A stretch of 64,000 nucleotides of DNA, taken from positions 74,980 through 138,979 of the forward strand of contig DYEU01000010.1 in the NCBI GenBank assembly GCA_020725555.1, in the 5' to 3' direction. Of this stretch, positions 37,838 through 47,776 are shown piece by piece. This DNA comes from Desulfatibacillum sp. (GTDB lineage Bacteria; Desulfobacterota; Desulfobacteria; Desulfobacterales; SpSt-501). Position numbers and translations under genes: made by a program. The notes under the pieces were generated by a model that was given only the letters and a program-made list of their open reading frames with translations, ran no database searches and was not told where the DNA came from. The first letter of the stretch is position 1; each line of letters starts with the position of its first letter.

Positions 37838-39205
37838 TCATTTCTCGACCACGGCGTCGCAAAGGGCGAGGTTGCGGTCGATCACCTCGAGCCCGAAGTC
37901 GAGCTCCTCCTTGGTGATGATGAGCGGCGGGGTGATCATGATCACCGAGGCGCCCCCGGCCATGATGTAGACCCCCTCCTCCATGCACTTGGCGAGAAAG
38001 GTCATCTTGGCCGTCGCCGGCCGCGGCGGCTCCATCAGCGCCTCGTGGATGGGCTCCTTGGTCTTGCGGTTCTTCACGATCTCGATGCCGCAGAAGAGCC
38101 CCTTGCCGCGGACCTCGCCCACGCAGGGGTGCTTGTCCTGGATTTCCCTCAACCGCTCCATGAGGTAGGCGCCCGTCTGGGCCGCCCGCTCGATGAGGCG
38201 GTCCTCGCGGTAGGCCTCGATCGCCGCCACCCCCGCCGCCATGGCGAGCGCGTGCCCGGAGTAGGTGTGGCCGTGGAGGTAAGGCATGGTTTCGAACTTT
38301 TCCGCGATCCAGGGCCGCACGGTCGTCGCCCCGAGCGGTATGGAGCCGGAGTTGATGCCCTTGGCCATGGTGATGATGTCGGGCACGACGTTCCAGTGGT
38401 CCATCCCGAACCATTTGCCCGTGCGGCCGAAGCCGGTCATGACCTCGTCGGCGATCAGGACCATCTCGTACTTGTCGCAGATCGCGCGCACCATCGGCCA
38501 ATATTCGTCCGGCGGGACGATGATCCCGCCCGCGCCGAAGATCGGCTCGCCGATGATCCCCGCCACCCGCCGCGCCCCGCCCTCGAGCCGAACCACCTCC
38601 TCCACGTGCTTGGCGCACTGGATGTCGCAGGAGGGGTAGGTCGCCCCGAAGCTGCAGCGGTAGCAGTAGGGGGGAAGGATGTGGATCGCCCCCGGAACGG
38701 CGGGCTCGGCACACCAGTTGCGGTAGTCGGCCGAGAGCGCCATGGCCCCCATGGTCGAGCCGTGGTAGGAGCGCCAGCGCGAGAGGATTTTCTGCTTGCC
38801 GGTGACCCAGCGGGCGATCTTCGCCGCGCCTTCGTTGGCCTCCGTCCCGCCGGTCGAAAAGAAGGACTTCTTGAGGTCCCCGGGGGTCACCTCGGCGAGG
38901 AGCTTCCCCAGCCGCGCCTTGGGCTCGGTCGCCCACTGGGAGTTGACGCTGGGGAGGGTGGCGGCCTGGCGGGCGATGGCGGCGTTGACGCGATCGTCGC
39001 AGTGCCCCAGGTTGGTGAACACGAATTGGGAGGTGAAATCGAGGACCTTTTTGCCCTCGGGGTTTTTCACCCAGCACCCCTTGCCCTCGACGGCGACGAA
39101 GGGCTTGAGCCCCTTCTGCGCCGTCCAGGGCGTCATCACGTACTCGGCCTCGTAGCGCCGGATGGTCTCGGCGTCCAAGCGTTCGCTGCGGTTTGCTTCC
39201 GACAT
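37838..39205 (-). CDS. class-III (omega) aminotransferase, candidate taurine:pyruvate aminotransferase
   Basis: FFSTGGTEANEGAAKIAR, LIADEVMTGFGRTGKWFG, and the PLP-Lys region DIITMAKGINSG. Substrate is inferred from context only. Confidence 0.8.
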   Translation of the reverse strand: MSEANRSERLDAETIRRYEAEYVMTPWTAQKGLKPFVAVEGKGCWVKNPEGKKVLDFTSQFVFTNLGHCDDRVNAAIARQAATLPSVNSQWATEPKARLGKLLAEVTPGDLKKSFFSTGGTEANEGAAKIARWVTGKQKILSRWRSYHGSTMGAMALSADYRNWCAEPAVPGAIHILPPYCYRCSFGATYPSCDIQCAKHVEEVVRLEGGARRVAGIIGEPIFGAGGIIVPPDEYWPMVRAICDKYEMVLIADEVMTGFGRTGKWFGMDHWNVVPDIITMAKGINSGSIPLGATTVRPWIAEKFETMPYLHGHTYSGHALAMAAGVAAIEAYREDRLIERAAQTGAYLMERLREIQDKHPCVGEVRGKGLFCGIEIVKNRKTKEPIHEALMEPPRPATAKMTFLAKCMEEGVYIMAGGASVIMITPPLIITKEELDFGLEVIDRNLALCDAVVEK

Positions 39206-39242
39206 GGCATCCTCCTTGCGCCGCATCCCCGCGGCGCGGCGT

Positions 39243-40397
39243 TCAGTAATTGCGCTCCAGCATGCCGACCACGTCCGCTTCGGTGACGGCCCGCGGGTTG
39301 TTGCCGATCAGCCGCGTCGCCCCCAGCGCCGCACGGGCGATCGCCGGGATGTCCTGGCGGCTCACCCCGTAGTCGCCCAGGCGCGTGGAGATCCCGAGGT
39401 CGGCGAGCAGCGCCCGCACCGCGGCCACGGCGCGCCGCGCGGCCTCGAGCGCGGGGAGCCCGGCCACAGGCTCGCCGAAGGCCTCGGCGATCCGCGCGAA
39501 CTTGTGCGGCACGGCGATCGCGTTGAACTCCATCACCCAGGGCAGCAGGAAGGCCGTGAGCAGGCCGTGGGGAAGGTGGTATTTGCCCCCGATTGCCAGC
39601 GCGAGCGCATGGTCGAGGCCGTTTTGGGTGTTCGAGAAGGCCATGCCTGCCAGGCAGGAGGCGTAGAGCATGTTCTCGCGCGCCGCGACGTTGCGCCCGT
39701 TGGCAAACGCCGGGCGCAGGTTGCCCGCGACAAGCCGGATCGCCTGCAGGTTGAGCGTGTCGGTGAACACGGTCGCCCGCACGCCGACATAGGATTCGAT
39801 CGCGTGCACCAGGGCGTCCATCCCCGTGATGGCCGTGACCCGCTGGGGCAGCTCGAGGGTGAGCAGCGGGTCGAGGATCGCCGCCCGGGCGAAGAGGTGC
39901 CGGCTCACGATCCCTTTCTTCACCTGGTTGTGGGTGTCGGAAAGCACGCTGATCGAGGTCATTTCGCTTCCCGTGCCGGCCGTCGTGGGAATCAAGATCA
40001 GCGGCACGCCCGGCCGGGGAACGAGCTCCATCCCGAAATAGGCCTCGATCGGCCCCTCGTTGGTGATCATCACCGCGGCGACCTTGGCGAGGTCAAGCGA
40101 GCTTCCGCCCCCCACCCCCACGACCACCTCGGGCCGGGCGAACGCGGCGGCCTGGACGCAGGCCCGGGCGGCCTCCAGGCTCGGGTCGGACTCGACCTCG
40201 GTGAAGGCCGTGACCGCAAGGCCCGCCTTGTCGAGCACCGTTTTCACCGCCTCGAGCACCCCCGCCTTGACGATCCCGGGGTCGGTGACGATCAGCACGC
40301 GGCTTCCCTCCAGCCGCCGGACTTCCTCGCCGAGGGTCTCCACGCTTCCCGCCCCGAAGCGGATCCGCGGCATCGTCTCGAAGCACTGTGGCGCCAT
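39243..40397 (-). CDS. iron-containing (group III) alcohol dehydrogenase, candidate sulfoacetaldehyde reductase
   Basis: GVGGGSSLDLAK NAD motif. Metal-site histidines in GMDALVHAIESY and LDHALALAIGGKYHLPHG. Substrate is inferred from context. Confidence 0.8.
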   Translation of the reverse strand: MAPQCFETMPRIRFGAGSVETLGEEVRRLEGSRVLIVTDPGIVKAGVLEAVKTVLDKAGLAVTAFTEVESDPSLEAARACVQAAAFARPEVVVGVGGGSSLDLAKVAAVMITNEGPIEAYFGMELVPRPGVPLILIPTTAGTGSEMTSISVLSDTHNQVKKGIVSRHLFARAAILDPLLTLELPQRVTAITGMDALVHAIESYVGVRATVFTDTLNLQAIRLVAGNLRPAFANGRNVAARENMLYASCLAGMAFSNTQNGLDHALALAIGGKYHLPHGLLTAFLLPWVMEFNAIAVPHKFARIAEAFGEPVAGLPALEAARRAVAAVRALLADLGISTRLGDYGVSRQDIPAIARAALGATRLIGNNPRAVTEADVVGMLERNY

Positions 40398-40483
40398 CGA
40401 AGCCTCCCTGTTTCCTGCCGGCGCCCGGCCGCCCCCCCCCTTTCCGGCCGCGATGCGGCCCGGGGGAGGCTCCGGGGAACGGC

Positions 40484-41242
40484 TTAGAGCGTCAACTCGC
40501 AGCACTCGGTGATCGTGTGCCTGAGCTTCAGAAACTCCATGTCCGTGTGCTCCCGCGGCCGCGGGAGGTCCACCTCCCAGACCCGGTCCATGCGGCCGGG
40601 GAGCTTCCCCTTCAGGGTGACGATGCGGTCGCCCAAAAAGATCGCCTCGTCGATGTTGTTCGTGACGAAGAGGACGGTGCGCTTTTCGGTCTCCCAGATG
40701 CGGGCCGTCTCCTTCTCCATGAAATAGCGCGTCTGCGCGTCGAGCTGCCCGAAGGGCTCGTCGAGCAGCATGACTTGCGGGTTGTTGGCGTAGGCGCGGG
40801 CGATCCCCACGCGCTGCTTCATGCCCCCGCTCAGCTGGTGCGGGTAGTGCTTCTCGAAGCCGCGCAGGCCGACGAGGTCGATGTAGTGCTGGGCGATGCG
40901 CCGCCGCTCCTCCCGCGGCACCCCGCGAAGCCGGGGACCGAGCTCCACGTTGCCGAGGACCGTTTTCCAGGGAAAGAGCATGTAGCTCTGGAACACGAGC
41001 CCGCGGTCGGGGCCGGGGCCGCTGACCGGCCGGCCGTCGAGGAGCACCTCGCCCTCGCTCGGCGTCTCCAGCCCCGCGATGATGCGCAGGAGCGTGCTCT
41101 TGCCCGATTGCCCCGGTCCCAGGATGACGAGGAACTCGTTGTCGCGCACGAAGAGCGAGATGTCCTCGAGCACGTGCACCCGCTGCTTGCCCTTCTGGAT
41201 GAAGACCTTCGCGATGTGGCGGCACTCGATCTTGTGCGTCAT
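40484..41242 (-). CDS. ABC transporter ATP-binding protein (NitT/TauT family) with Asn in place of the H-loop His
   Basis: Walker A GPGQSGKST, signature LSGGMKQR, Walker B VMLLDEPFGQLD, but the H-loop reads LFVTNNIDEA. Confidence 0.85.
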   Translation of the reverse strand: MTHKIECRHIAKVFIQKGKQRVHVLEDISLFVRDNEFLVILGPGQSGKSTLLRIIAGLETPSEGEVLLDGRPVSGPGPDRGLVFQSYMLFPWKTVLGNVELGPRLRGVPREERRRIAQHYIDLVGLRGFEKHYPHQLSGGMKQRVGIARAYANNPQVMLLDEPFGQLDAQTRYFMEKETARIWETEKRTVLFVTNNIDEAIFLGDRIVTLKGKLPGRMDRVWEVDLPRPREHTDMEFLKLRHTITECCELTL

Positions 41243-41261
41243 GGTCGGCAGGGGCCCCCTC

Positions 41262-42143
41262 TCACAGGTCGCGGATGTCCCGGCGCCACGGGCAGAGGAG
41301 CTTCTCCAGCCCGGCGATCAGAAGCGAGGAGAGCCAGGCGACGAGGGCGATCATCACCATGCCGCCGATGACGAGCGCGGCGTCGGTGAACTTCATGCCC
41401 TGCACGATGATGAAGCCCAGGCCCGAGCGCGAGGCGACGAGCTCGGCGGCCAGAACACAGGTCCAGGCGAGCGAGAGCGAAATCTGCAGCCCCGCGAAGA
41501 TGGCGGGAAACGAGGCCGGGAAGCTCACCTGCAGGATCTCGTTCCAGCGATTGCCGCCGAGCACCTTGACCACGTCGTAGAGCTCGGGGTCGATCAGCCG
41601 GATGCCGTTGTAGGCGTTCAGCAGGCAGGGGACGAAGGTCCCGATGATGATGATGAAGATCTTCGACTCCTCGCCCACGCCGAACCAGAGGATGGCGATG
41701 GAGACCCAGGCGATCGGCGGCATGGGCTTGAAGATGTCGAAGACGGGCTTGACGAGGGCGTTCACGTAGGGGTTGAGGGCCATGAAGAGCCCGAGCGGGA
41801 TGGCCACCGCGGAGGCGAGGACGAAGCCGATGGCGATCCTCTGGGCGCTCGCCGCGATGTGCCCCCAAAGGGTGAGGCCGGCCAGCGTATCGGTCAGCAG
41901 CCCGCGGAAGCGGACCACGACCTCCCAGGGGGTGCACAGCCCGCCCTTGAAGACGCCGCTTGCGGCGACTTCGTGCCAGAGGGTGAGGAAGGCCGCCGCC
42001 GAGACGACATGCAGGACATACTCGTTGGTGATCACCCGGCGCAGCGTGAGGGGCCGCCGCTCGCGGACGCTCTTCTGCACCTCGTTGGCGATCGCGCGGT
42101 CCTGCCGCCCCAGGCGCTGGATGCCCTCTTCCATCTCGGCCAT
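41262..42143 (-). CDS. ABC transporter permease (NitT/TauT family)
   Basis: 293 aa, about 6 TM segments. Adjacent to a second permease and the ATPases. Confidence 0.8.
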   Translation of the reverse strand: MAEMEEGIQRLGRQDRAIANEVQKSVRERRPLTLRRVITNEYVLHVVSAAAFLTLWHEVAASGVFKGGLCTPWEVVVRFRGLLTDTLAGLTLWGHIAASAQRIAIGFVLASAVAIPLGLFMALNPYVNALVKPVFDIFKPMPPIAWVSIAILWFGVGEESKIFIIIIGTFVPCLLNAYNGIRLIDPELYDVVKVLGGNRWNEILQVSFPASFPAIFAGLQISLSLAWTCVLAAELVASRSGLGFIIVQGMKFTDAALVIGGMVMIALVAWLSSLLIAGLEKLLCPWRRDIRDL

Positions 42144-42146
42144 CGC

Positions 42147-42941
42147 TTACCTCCGGATGCCGGCCAGCAGCCGCTTTTCGACCTCGTCGATCGCCAGCCC
42201 GATGAGCGCGCCCATGACCCCGACCGACACCATGCCGAGCACCACCATGTCCGGCAGCGCGAGCCTGCGCCCCATCGTGATCAGGTAGCCCAGGCCCTGG
42301 TCGGCGGCGAGCAGCTCGGCCGCGACCAGGTTGGTCCAGCAGCTGGCGAGCGCGATCTGCAGCGCCCCGAAGACCATGGGCAGGGCGGAGGGGACGCAGA
42401 GCGTCTTGAAAATCTGCCAGTCCGAGGCGCCGTAGGTGCGCGCCATCTGGATCAGCGTGGGGTTGGTCATGCGCACGCCGACGAAGGCGTTGATCACGCA
42501 GGGGACGACTCCCCCCAGCCAGATGATGAAGACCTTGCCCCAGAGCCCGATCCCGAACCAGAAGACGGTGAGCGGGATCCAGGCGATGGGCGGGATCGGC
42601 CGGATCAGCTCGAAGATCGGCCGGGCGATCCCGCGCACCACCCCGAACCAGCCCATGAACAGGCCCAGGGGGATCCCGATGCCGAGGGCGAGGAGGTAGC
42701 CGAGAAAGGCCTCCTGCATGCTGACCCAGGCATGGACGAAAATCGTCGCCCCGTCGGGGTTGGGGTTGGTGAGCTTGTCGACGAAGAGGGCCCCCACGTC
42801 GCTCGGGGCGGCCAGCATGGTCGCCGGGACGATCCCCGCGCGCACGATGAGCTCCCAGGCGCCGAAAAAGCAAACGACGCTGAAAAACGGGAGAAGAATC
42901 AGCCCGAGCGGCTTGCGAACCTTGACTTCCTCGTAGGCCAT
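42147..42941 (-). CDS. ABC transporter permease (NitT/TauT family)
   Basis: 264 aa, polytopic. Paralogous to 41262..42143. Confidence 0.8.
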   Translation of the reverse strand: MAYEEVKVRKPLGLILLPFFSVVCFFGAWELIVRAGIVPATMLAAPSDVGALFVDKLTNPNPDGATIFVHAWVSMQEAFLGYLLALGIGIPLGLFMGWFGVVRGIARPIFELIRPIPPIAWIPLTVFWFGIGLWGKVFIIWLGGVVPCVINAFVGVRMTNPTLIQMARTYGASDWQIFKTLCVPSALPMVFGALQIALASCWTNLVAAELLAADQGLGYLITMGRRLALPDMVVLGMVSVGVMGALIGLAIDEVEKRLLAGIRR

Positions 42942-43016
42942 CCCGTGGGCCCCCCTCGGATCCGGACGTGCGGAACCTCCCGGCGGGGGGGGAGCCCCCC
43001 GCCGGGGCTTGCGGCG

Positions 43017-44105
43017 TTACTTCAGCTCGTCGGTCGGGATCGGGGTCTTGACGAGTTTCAGGAACTTGTCGGTCACGTAGGCCGAGTCCTTGACCTTCTC
43101 GAACTCCTCGGGCTTGAAGCGGCCCTGGGCGGTGAAGAACTCGGCGATCTGGGTCTGCCACTTCTGGGCCGTGCTCATGCCCTTCGCGGCGTCAAAGAGC
43201 TTGAGCTGCTCCTCGAGGTTCCAGACCGGGTGGTTGTCGATGTCGAGCTTGGCCATCTCCGCCGAGATGTCCATGCCGCCCCAGTCCTTCATGAACTTCT
43301 GGTAGAGCTTCACGACCTCGGGGTGGCTGCCGTGCTTGCGCTGGAAGTTGACGCCGCGCAGGTAGACGCGCAGGAACTTGGCCACGATCTCGGGGTTCTT
43401 GTCGCAGAACTCCTTCTCCCCGATCAGGACGATGGGCAGGGCGCGCCCGGTCGAGCGCACATCGGCCACTTTCTTGTAGCCCTTGGCTTCCGCCGCGTAG
43501 GTGTGCGGCGCCCAAAGCGCGACGATGTCGCCGATCCCCTTTTCGAAGGCGGCGACGGCCGAGGCCTGGTCCATCTGCTTGATGACGACGTCGCTGTCCT
43601 TGAGGCCGAGGACCCCGAGCCACATGCTCAGGGCATAATGCGCCGAGGAGACGGTGGTGACGAGCACCGTCTTGCCCTTGACCGTCTCGGGCGAGCCGTA
43701 GACCTCCGGGAACTGCTTGTTGAAGCCCTTCACCTGGGCGATCGGGCTGTCCGGCCGCACGTAGACGTTGTTGGTGATCGACTCGTCGTTTCCGAGGGCG
43801 ATCATGTAGGCGCCGTAGCGCAGGGCGCCCACGACCATGGGCACGCCCCCCAGCCCGCCCAGCACCCACTGCTTGGCGGGCAGGGCCTCAAGCTGCGCCA
43901 TCCCGGAATCGAAGTAGGTGATCTCCAAGTCCAGCCCTTCCTGCTTGTCCCAGCCTTTCTGCTTGGCCAGCCAGGGGAAGAAGGTCTCGTGTTCCGGCTG
44001 CCAGCTCATCTTGAGCTTGAAGGGCGCCTGGGCCTGAGCCGCAGGCAGGGAGAACCCGAAGAGAACGATCACCGCCAGGACCACACAAAGCGCCATCCGT
44101 TTCAT
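43017..44105 (-). CDS. ABC transporter substrate-binding protein (NMT1/TauA-like), candidate taurine/sulfonate receptor
   Basis: Start ATG 44105 (AAAGGAGG upstream). Signal peptide MKRMALCVVLAVIVLFGFSLPAAQAQA. Periplasmic-binding fold. Confidence 0.75.
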   Translation of the reverse strand: MKRMALCVVLAVIVLFGFSLPAAQAQAPFKLKMSWQPEHETFFPWLAKQKGWDKQEGLDLEITYFDSGMAQLEALPAKQWVLGGLGGVPMVVGALRYGAYMIALGNDESITNNVYVRPDSPIAQVKGFNKQFPEVYGSPETVKGKTVLVTTVSSAHYALSMWLGVLGLKDSDVVIKQMDQASAVAAFEKGIGDIVALWAPHTYAAEAKGYKKVADVRSTGRALPIVLIGEKEFCDKNPEIVAKFLRVYLRGVNFQRKHGSHPEVVKLYQKFMKDWGGMDISAEMAKLDIDNHPVWNLEEQLKLFDAAKGMSTAQKWQTQIAEFFTAQGRFKPEEFEKVKDSAYVTDKFLKLVKTPIPTDELK

Positions 44106-44244
44106 CGGTCTGCCTCCTTTCGGAAAACCGGGGGGTGGGAAGGAATCCTTCGCCTGGAAAACCAACCTGCTGCCGAGGGCCGTTCACCTCCTTCCTTGCG
44201 GTTGCGGGTTCCACCCGCGGCGCCCGGGGGCGCCGCATCTCGCC

Positions 44245-44994
44245 TCACCACCAGCGGATCAGCTCCGTCACCTGCTTGCGGATTTGGACGAAGGCCGGGT
44301 CGATCAGGCTGCGCGGCCGCGGGAGATCGACCCGCACCTCGGCCTTGATCCGGGTCGGTTTGTTGCTGAGCACGAGGATCCGCTCGGCCACGTAGACGGC
44401 CTCCTCGATGTTGTGGGTGACGAAAATGACGGTCGCCTTCAGGGTCTGCCACAACTTGACGAGCTCGTCCTCCAGGTAGTAGCGCAGCTTGACGTCGAGC
44501 TGGCCGTAGGGCTCGTCCATCAGCAGGAGATCGGGGTCCACGGCGAAGGCGCGCGCCACGGTGATGCGCTGCACCATGCTCGCCGAGACCTGGTTCGGGT
44601 AGAGATGCTGGGTCTCGGCCAGACCCACGAGCCCGAGCATGTAGTCCACGCGCTCGCGGATCTTGTCCGTGGGGAAGCGCTTGAGCTCCATCCCGTAGGC
44701 CACGTTCTCGCGCACCGTGCGCCAGGGGAGGCAGGTCGGCTCCTGGAAGACGAAGGAGATGTTGTGCACGCGGGGGTCGGCGACGCGGCCGTCGATGAAG
44801 ATGTCGCCCGCGCTCGTCGGGATCAGCTTGGAGAGGCAGTTGAGGAAGGTGGTCTTGCCGCAGCCGGTCGGCCCCACGATGGCCAGGAACTCCCCGCGGC
44901 CGACCTGGAAGGAGATGTCGTCGAGGACGAGCAGGTCGCCGAAGCGCTTGGTCAGGTTGCGCACATCGATCTTGACCGGGGCCGCAGGGGGCAT
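44245..44994 (-). CDS. ABC transporter ATP-binding protein (NitT/TauT family) with degenerate signature motif
   Basis: Walker A GPTGCGKTT, Walker B LLLMDEPYGQLD and H-loop FVTHNIEEA are intact, but the signature is VSASMVQR instead of LSGGxxQR. GAGGAG RBS before ATG 44994. Confidence 0.85.
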   Translation of the reverse strand: MPPAAPVKIDVRNLTKRFGDLLVLDDISFQVGRGEFLAIVGPTGCGKTTFLNCLSKLIPTSAGDIFIDGRVADPRVHNISFVFQEPTCLPWRTVRENVAYGMELKRFPTDKIRERVDYMLGLVGLAETQHLYPNQVSASMVQRITVARAFAVDPDLLLMDEPYGQLDVKLRYYLEDELVKLWQTLKATVIFVTHNIEEAVYVAERILVLSNKPTRIKAEVRVDLPRPRSLIDPAFVQIRKQVTELIRWW

Positions 44995-45066
44995 GCGCTG
45001 CGCTCCTCGCCCGGGGGCCGCGCCGCCCGGGCCGGAAGGGTCCATGAGAGCTTGCCGGGGCCGGAA

Positions 45067-45098
45067 CTGATGTATCAGATATCAGATGGGCGTGTCAA
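45067..45098 (-). promoter_or_regulatory. candidate promoter/operator of the ABC-ADH-aminotransferase-gntR-ackA unit
   Basis: Minus strand has a perfect -35 TTGACA (45098-45093) and only a weak -10. The spacer and -10 region hold CTGAT-GT-ATCAG (inverted repeat) plus a tandem ATCAGAT ATCAGAT (45067-45088). Confidence 0.35.
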
Positions 45099-45247
45099 GA
45101 GGTGCCGCCCCGCCTCTTGCAGTCGTGGCGGCGATTGCCTATAACCGGCACACTCCCGGAAGCGGCGACCGGTGCCTGCTTCGCGCTCCGGCGCCTCCGT
45201 GAACGCTTCGATCCTTCATCCCCGCAGCCCAGCGAAAGGAGGTCCTT

Positions 45248-46783
45248 ATGAAACGAACCCTTCTCGGAGCGACACTCGTCCTGGCCGCCCTGCTCGCCTT
45301 CGGCCCCGGAGCCGCGCAAGCCCAGACGGTCATCTACGCCGCCGGGGCGGACCCCGACAGCCTCGATCCCCCGAACGCCGAGAGCAACCCCTCCGAGGCC
45401 GTCAACCGCATGATCTACGAGAACCTCGTCAAGTTCGACGCCAAGCTCAACCTCGTGCCCGGACTCGCCGAGCGCTGGGAGCAGGCCCCCGACGGGCTGA
45501 GCTGGACCTTCTTTCTGCGCAAGGGGGTGAGCTTCCACGACGGCACCCCCTTCAACGCCGAGGCCGTGAAGTACTTCGTCGAGCGCATGCTCGGCCCGGA
45601 GAAGCCCTCGCGGGCGGGGCTCTACACCCCCTTCGTCGAGTCGGTGACCGTGGTCGACCCCTACACGGTGCGGATGAACCTGAAGACCCCCTTCGCCTTC
45701 TTCCTGAACAACCTCGCCCACAGCGCCTCGGGGATCGGAAGTCCCGCGGCCCACAAGGCGCTCGGCAAGGACATCGCCCGCAAGCCGGTGGGCACCGGCC
45801 CCTTCAAGTTCGTCGAATGGGTGCACGGCGACCACCTGACGCTTGCGCGCAACGACGCCTACTGGGGCGGCAAACCCAAGCTCGAAAAGATCGTGATCAA
45901 GACCGTGAAGGAGGACGCCGCGCGCGTGATGATGCTGCAGTCGGGAGACGCCCACCTCGCCGTCAGGCTTCCCGCCGAGGACATCCCGAGGCTGGAGAAA
46001 GACGCGCGCCTCCAGCTCGACTCGACCGAGACCCTGCGCGTGCTCTACGTCGGCTTCAACTGCCAGAAGAAACCCTTCTCCGACGTTCGCGTGCGCAAGG
46101 CCTTCAACCTCGCCACCGACCGCGACTCGATCGTGAGAAACCTCTACCGCGGCCGGGCGCTCCCCGCGAGCAACATCGTCGCCCCGCGGACGACGGGCTA
46201 CGTCCCGCTGCCGGCCCACCCCTACGACCCGGAGAAGGCGAAGAAGCTCCTCGCCGAGGCGGGCTACCCGAACGGCCTCAAGGCGCGCTTCATCAGCCCC
46301 ATGGGCCGCTATCCCAAGGACTACGAGATGGCCCAGGCCCTGCAGCAGCAGTGGAAGCAGGCGGGCATCGAGGTGAGCCTCGGGACGATGGAGTGGGCGG
46401 CTTACCTCGCCGCGACCCGCAAGCCCGTGGACCAGACCGACGTCGAGATCTTCCTGCTGGGCTGGGCGCCCTCGTCGGCCGAGGCCCGCTGGATCCTCTA
46501 CCCCCTCTACCACAGCGACCAGTGGGTGCCCAAGGGCAACAACCGCATTTTCTACGCCAACAAGGAGTTCGACGATTACGTCGACAAGCTGACCAAGGCC
46601 ACGGTCCAGGCCGAGCGCGACAAGTACCTCAAGCTCGCCCAGGAGGTCCTCCACCGCGAGGTGCCGCAGATTCCGATTCTCGTCACCAAGGAGACGATCG
46701 GCTACACGAAGAAGCTCAAGGGGGTGATCAACTCGCCCCTGGAGCTCACCTACTTCGACCAGAACACCCACCTCGAGAAATGA
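45248..46783 (+). CDS. peptide/nickel ABC transporter substrate-binding protein (family 5)
   Basis: 511 aa with a signal peptide. Followed by DppBCDF-like genes. Confidence 0.85.
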   Translation: MKRTLLGATLVLAALLAFGPGAAQAQTVIYAAGADPDSLDPPNAESNPSEAVNRMIYENLVKFDAKLNLVPGLAERWEQAPDGLSWTFFLRKGVSFHDGTPFNAEAVKYFVERMLGPEKPSRAGLYTPFVESVTVVDPYTVRMNLKTPFAFFLNNLAHSASGIGSPAAHKALGKDIARKPVGTGPFKFVEWVHGDHLTLARNDAYWGGKPKLEKIVIKTVKEDAARVMMLQSGDAHLAVRLPAEDIPRLEKDARLQLDSTETLRVLYVGFNCQKKPFSDVRVRKAFNLATDRDSIVRNLYRGRALPASNIVAPRTTGYVPLPAHPYDPEKAKKLLAEAGYPNGLKARFISPMGRYPKDYEMAQALQQQWKQAGIEVSLGTMEWAAYLAATRKPVDQTDVEIFLLGWAPSSAEARWILYPLYHSDQWVPKGNNRIFYANKEFDDYVDKLTKATVQAERDKYLKLAQEVLHREVPQIPILVTKETIGYTKKLKGVINSPLELTYFDQNTHLEK

Positions 46784-46855
46784 GCCCCGCCCCGGGGGGC
46801 TTGCCGCCGTCGCGCGGGATGCCCCCCGGAAGGCGGCGGGGGGGTCAGGGCCCGC

Positions 46856-47776
46856 ATGATCCGCTACGTCGTCAAGCGCCTCATGATGCTCGTCCCGGTC
46901 CTCTTCGGGGTGACCCTGGTCTCCTTTTCGCTCCTGCAGATCGTGCCCGGGGATCCGGCGGTGCTGCTGGCCGGCGAGGACGCCAACCCCGAGTTCATCG
47001 AGGCCGTGCGCAAGGAGTACGGCTTCGACCAGCCGCTCCATGTCCAGTACCTGCGCTTCGTCGCCCGCGCCGTGCAGGGTGATTTCGGCATCTCCATCCG
47101 CAACCGCGAGCCGGTGATCCGCCTGCTCCTGCAGCGCTTCTCCTTCACGGTGCAGCTTTCCTTCCTTTCGATCCTGATCGCGGCCGCCATCGGCCTGGTC
47201 GCCGGCGTGGTGTCGGCCACCCGCCAGTACTCGCTCTTCGACCACGCGAGCATGGTCGGCGCCCTCCTCGGCATCTCCATGCCGATTTTCTGGCTGGGGC
47301 TGCTGCTCATGCTCGTCTTTTCCGTGCACCTGCGCTGGTTCCCCGCCGGCGGCTCGGGCGAGCTCCGCCACCTCATCCTGCCCGCGATCGCCCTCGGGGC
47401 GGCCTCGGCGGCCGTGATCGCCCGCATGACGCGCGCCTCGATGCTCGAGGTCATCCGCCAGGACTACATCCGCACCGCGCGGGCGAACGGCCTGCGGGAG
47501 ACGGTGGTGATCTACAAGCACGCGCTCAAGAACGCGATGATCCCGGTGATCACCGTCTTCGGCCTCGAGTTCGGCTACATGCTCGGCGGGGCGGTGCTGA
47601 CCGAGACCGTCTTTTCGCTCCCCGGGGTCGGCCGGCTGATGGTCGAGGGCATCTTCCAGCGCGACTACGCCGTGGTGCAGGGGGCGATGCTGCTCGTCGC
47701 CACGACCTTCGTGCTGGTGAACCTGCTCACGGACATCGCCTACGCCCTCTTCGACCCGAAGATCCGCTATGAGTGA
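46856..47776 (+). CDS. peptide ABC transporter permease (DppB/OppB-like)
   Basis: MIRYVVKRLMMLVPVLFGVTLVSF, a typical N-terminus. Confidence 0.9.
   Translation: MIRYVVKRLMMLVPVLFGVTLVSFSLLQIVPGDPAVLLAGEDANPEFIEAVRKEYGFDQPLHVQYLRFVARAVQGDFGISIRNREPVIRLLLQRFSFTVQLSFLSILIAAAIGLVAGVVSATRQYSLFDHASMVGALLGISMPIFWLGLLLMLVFSVHLRWFPAGGSGELRHLILPAIALGAASAAVIARMTRASMLEVIRQDYIRTARANGLRETVVIYKHALKNAMIPVITVFGLEFGYMLGGAVLTETVFSLPGVGRLMVEGIFQRDYAVVQGAMLLVATTFVLVNLLTDIAYALFDPKIRYE

Noticed and set aside
44106-45247. Search for sigma54 promoters upstream of the ABC binding-protein gene and of the taurine unit.
   Set aside because: The only GG..GC candidates (for example, the reverse complement of TGCGGTTGCGGGTTCCA) have spacing off by 1-2 nt, which sigma54 does not tolerate.
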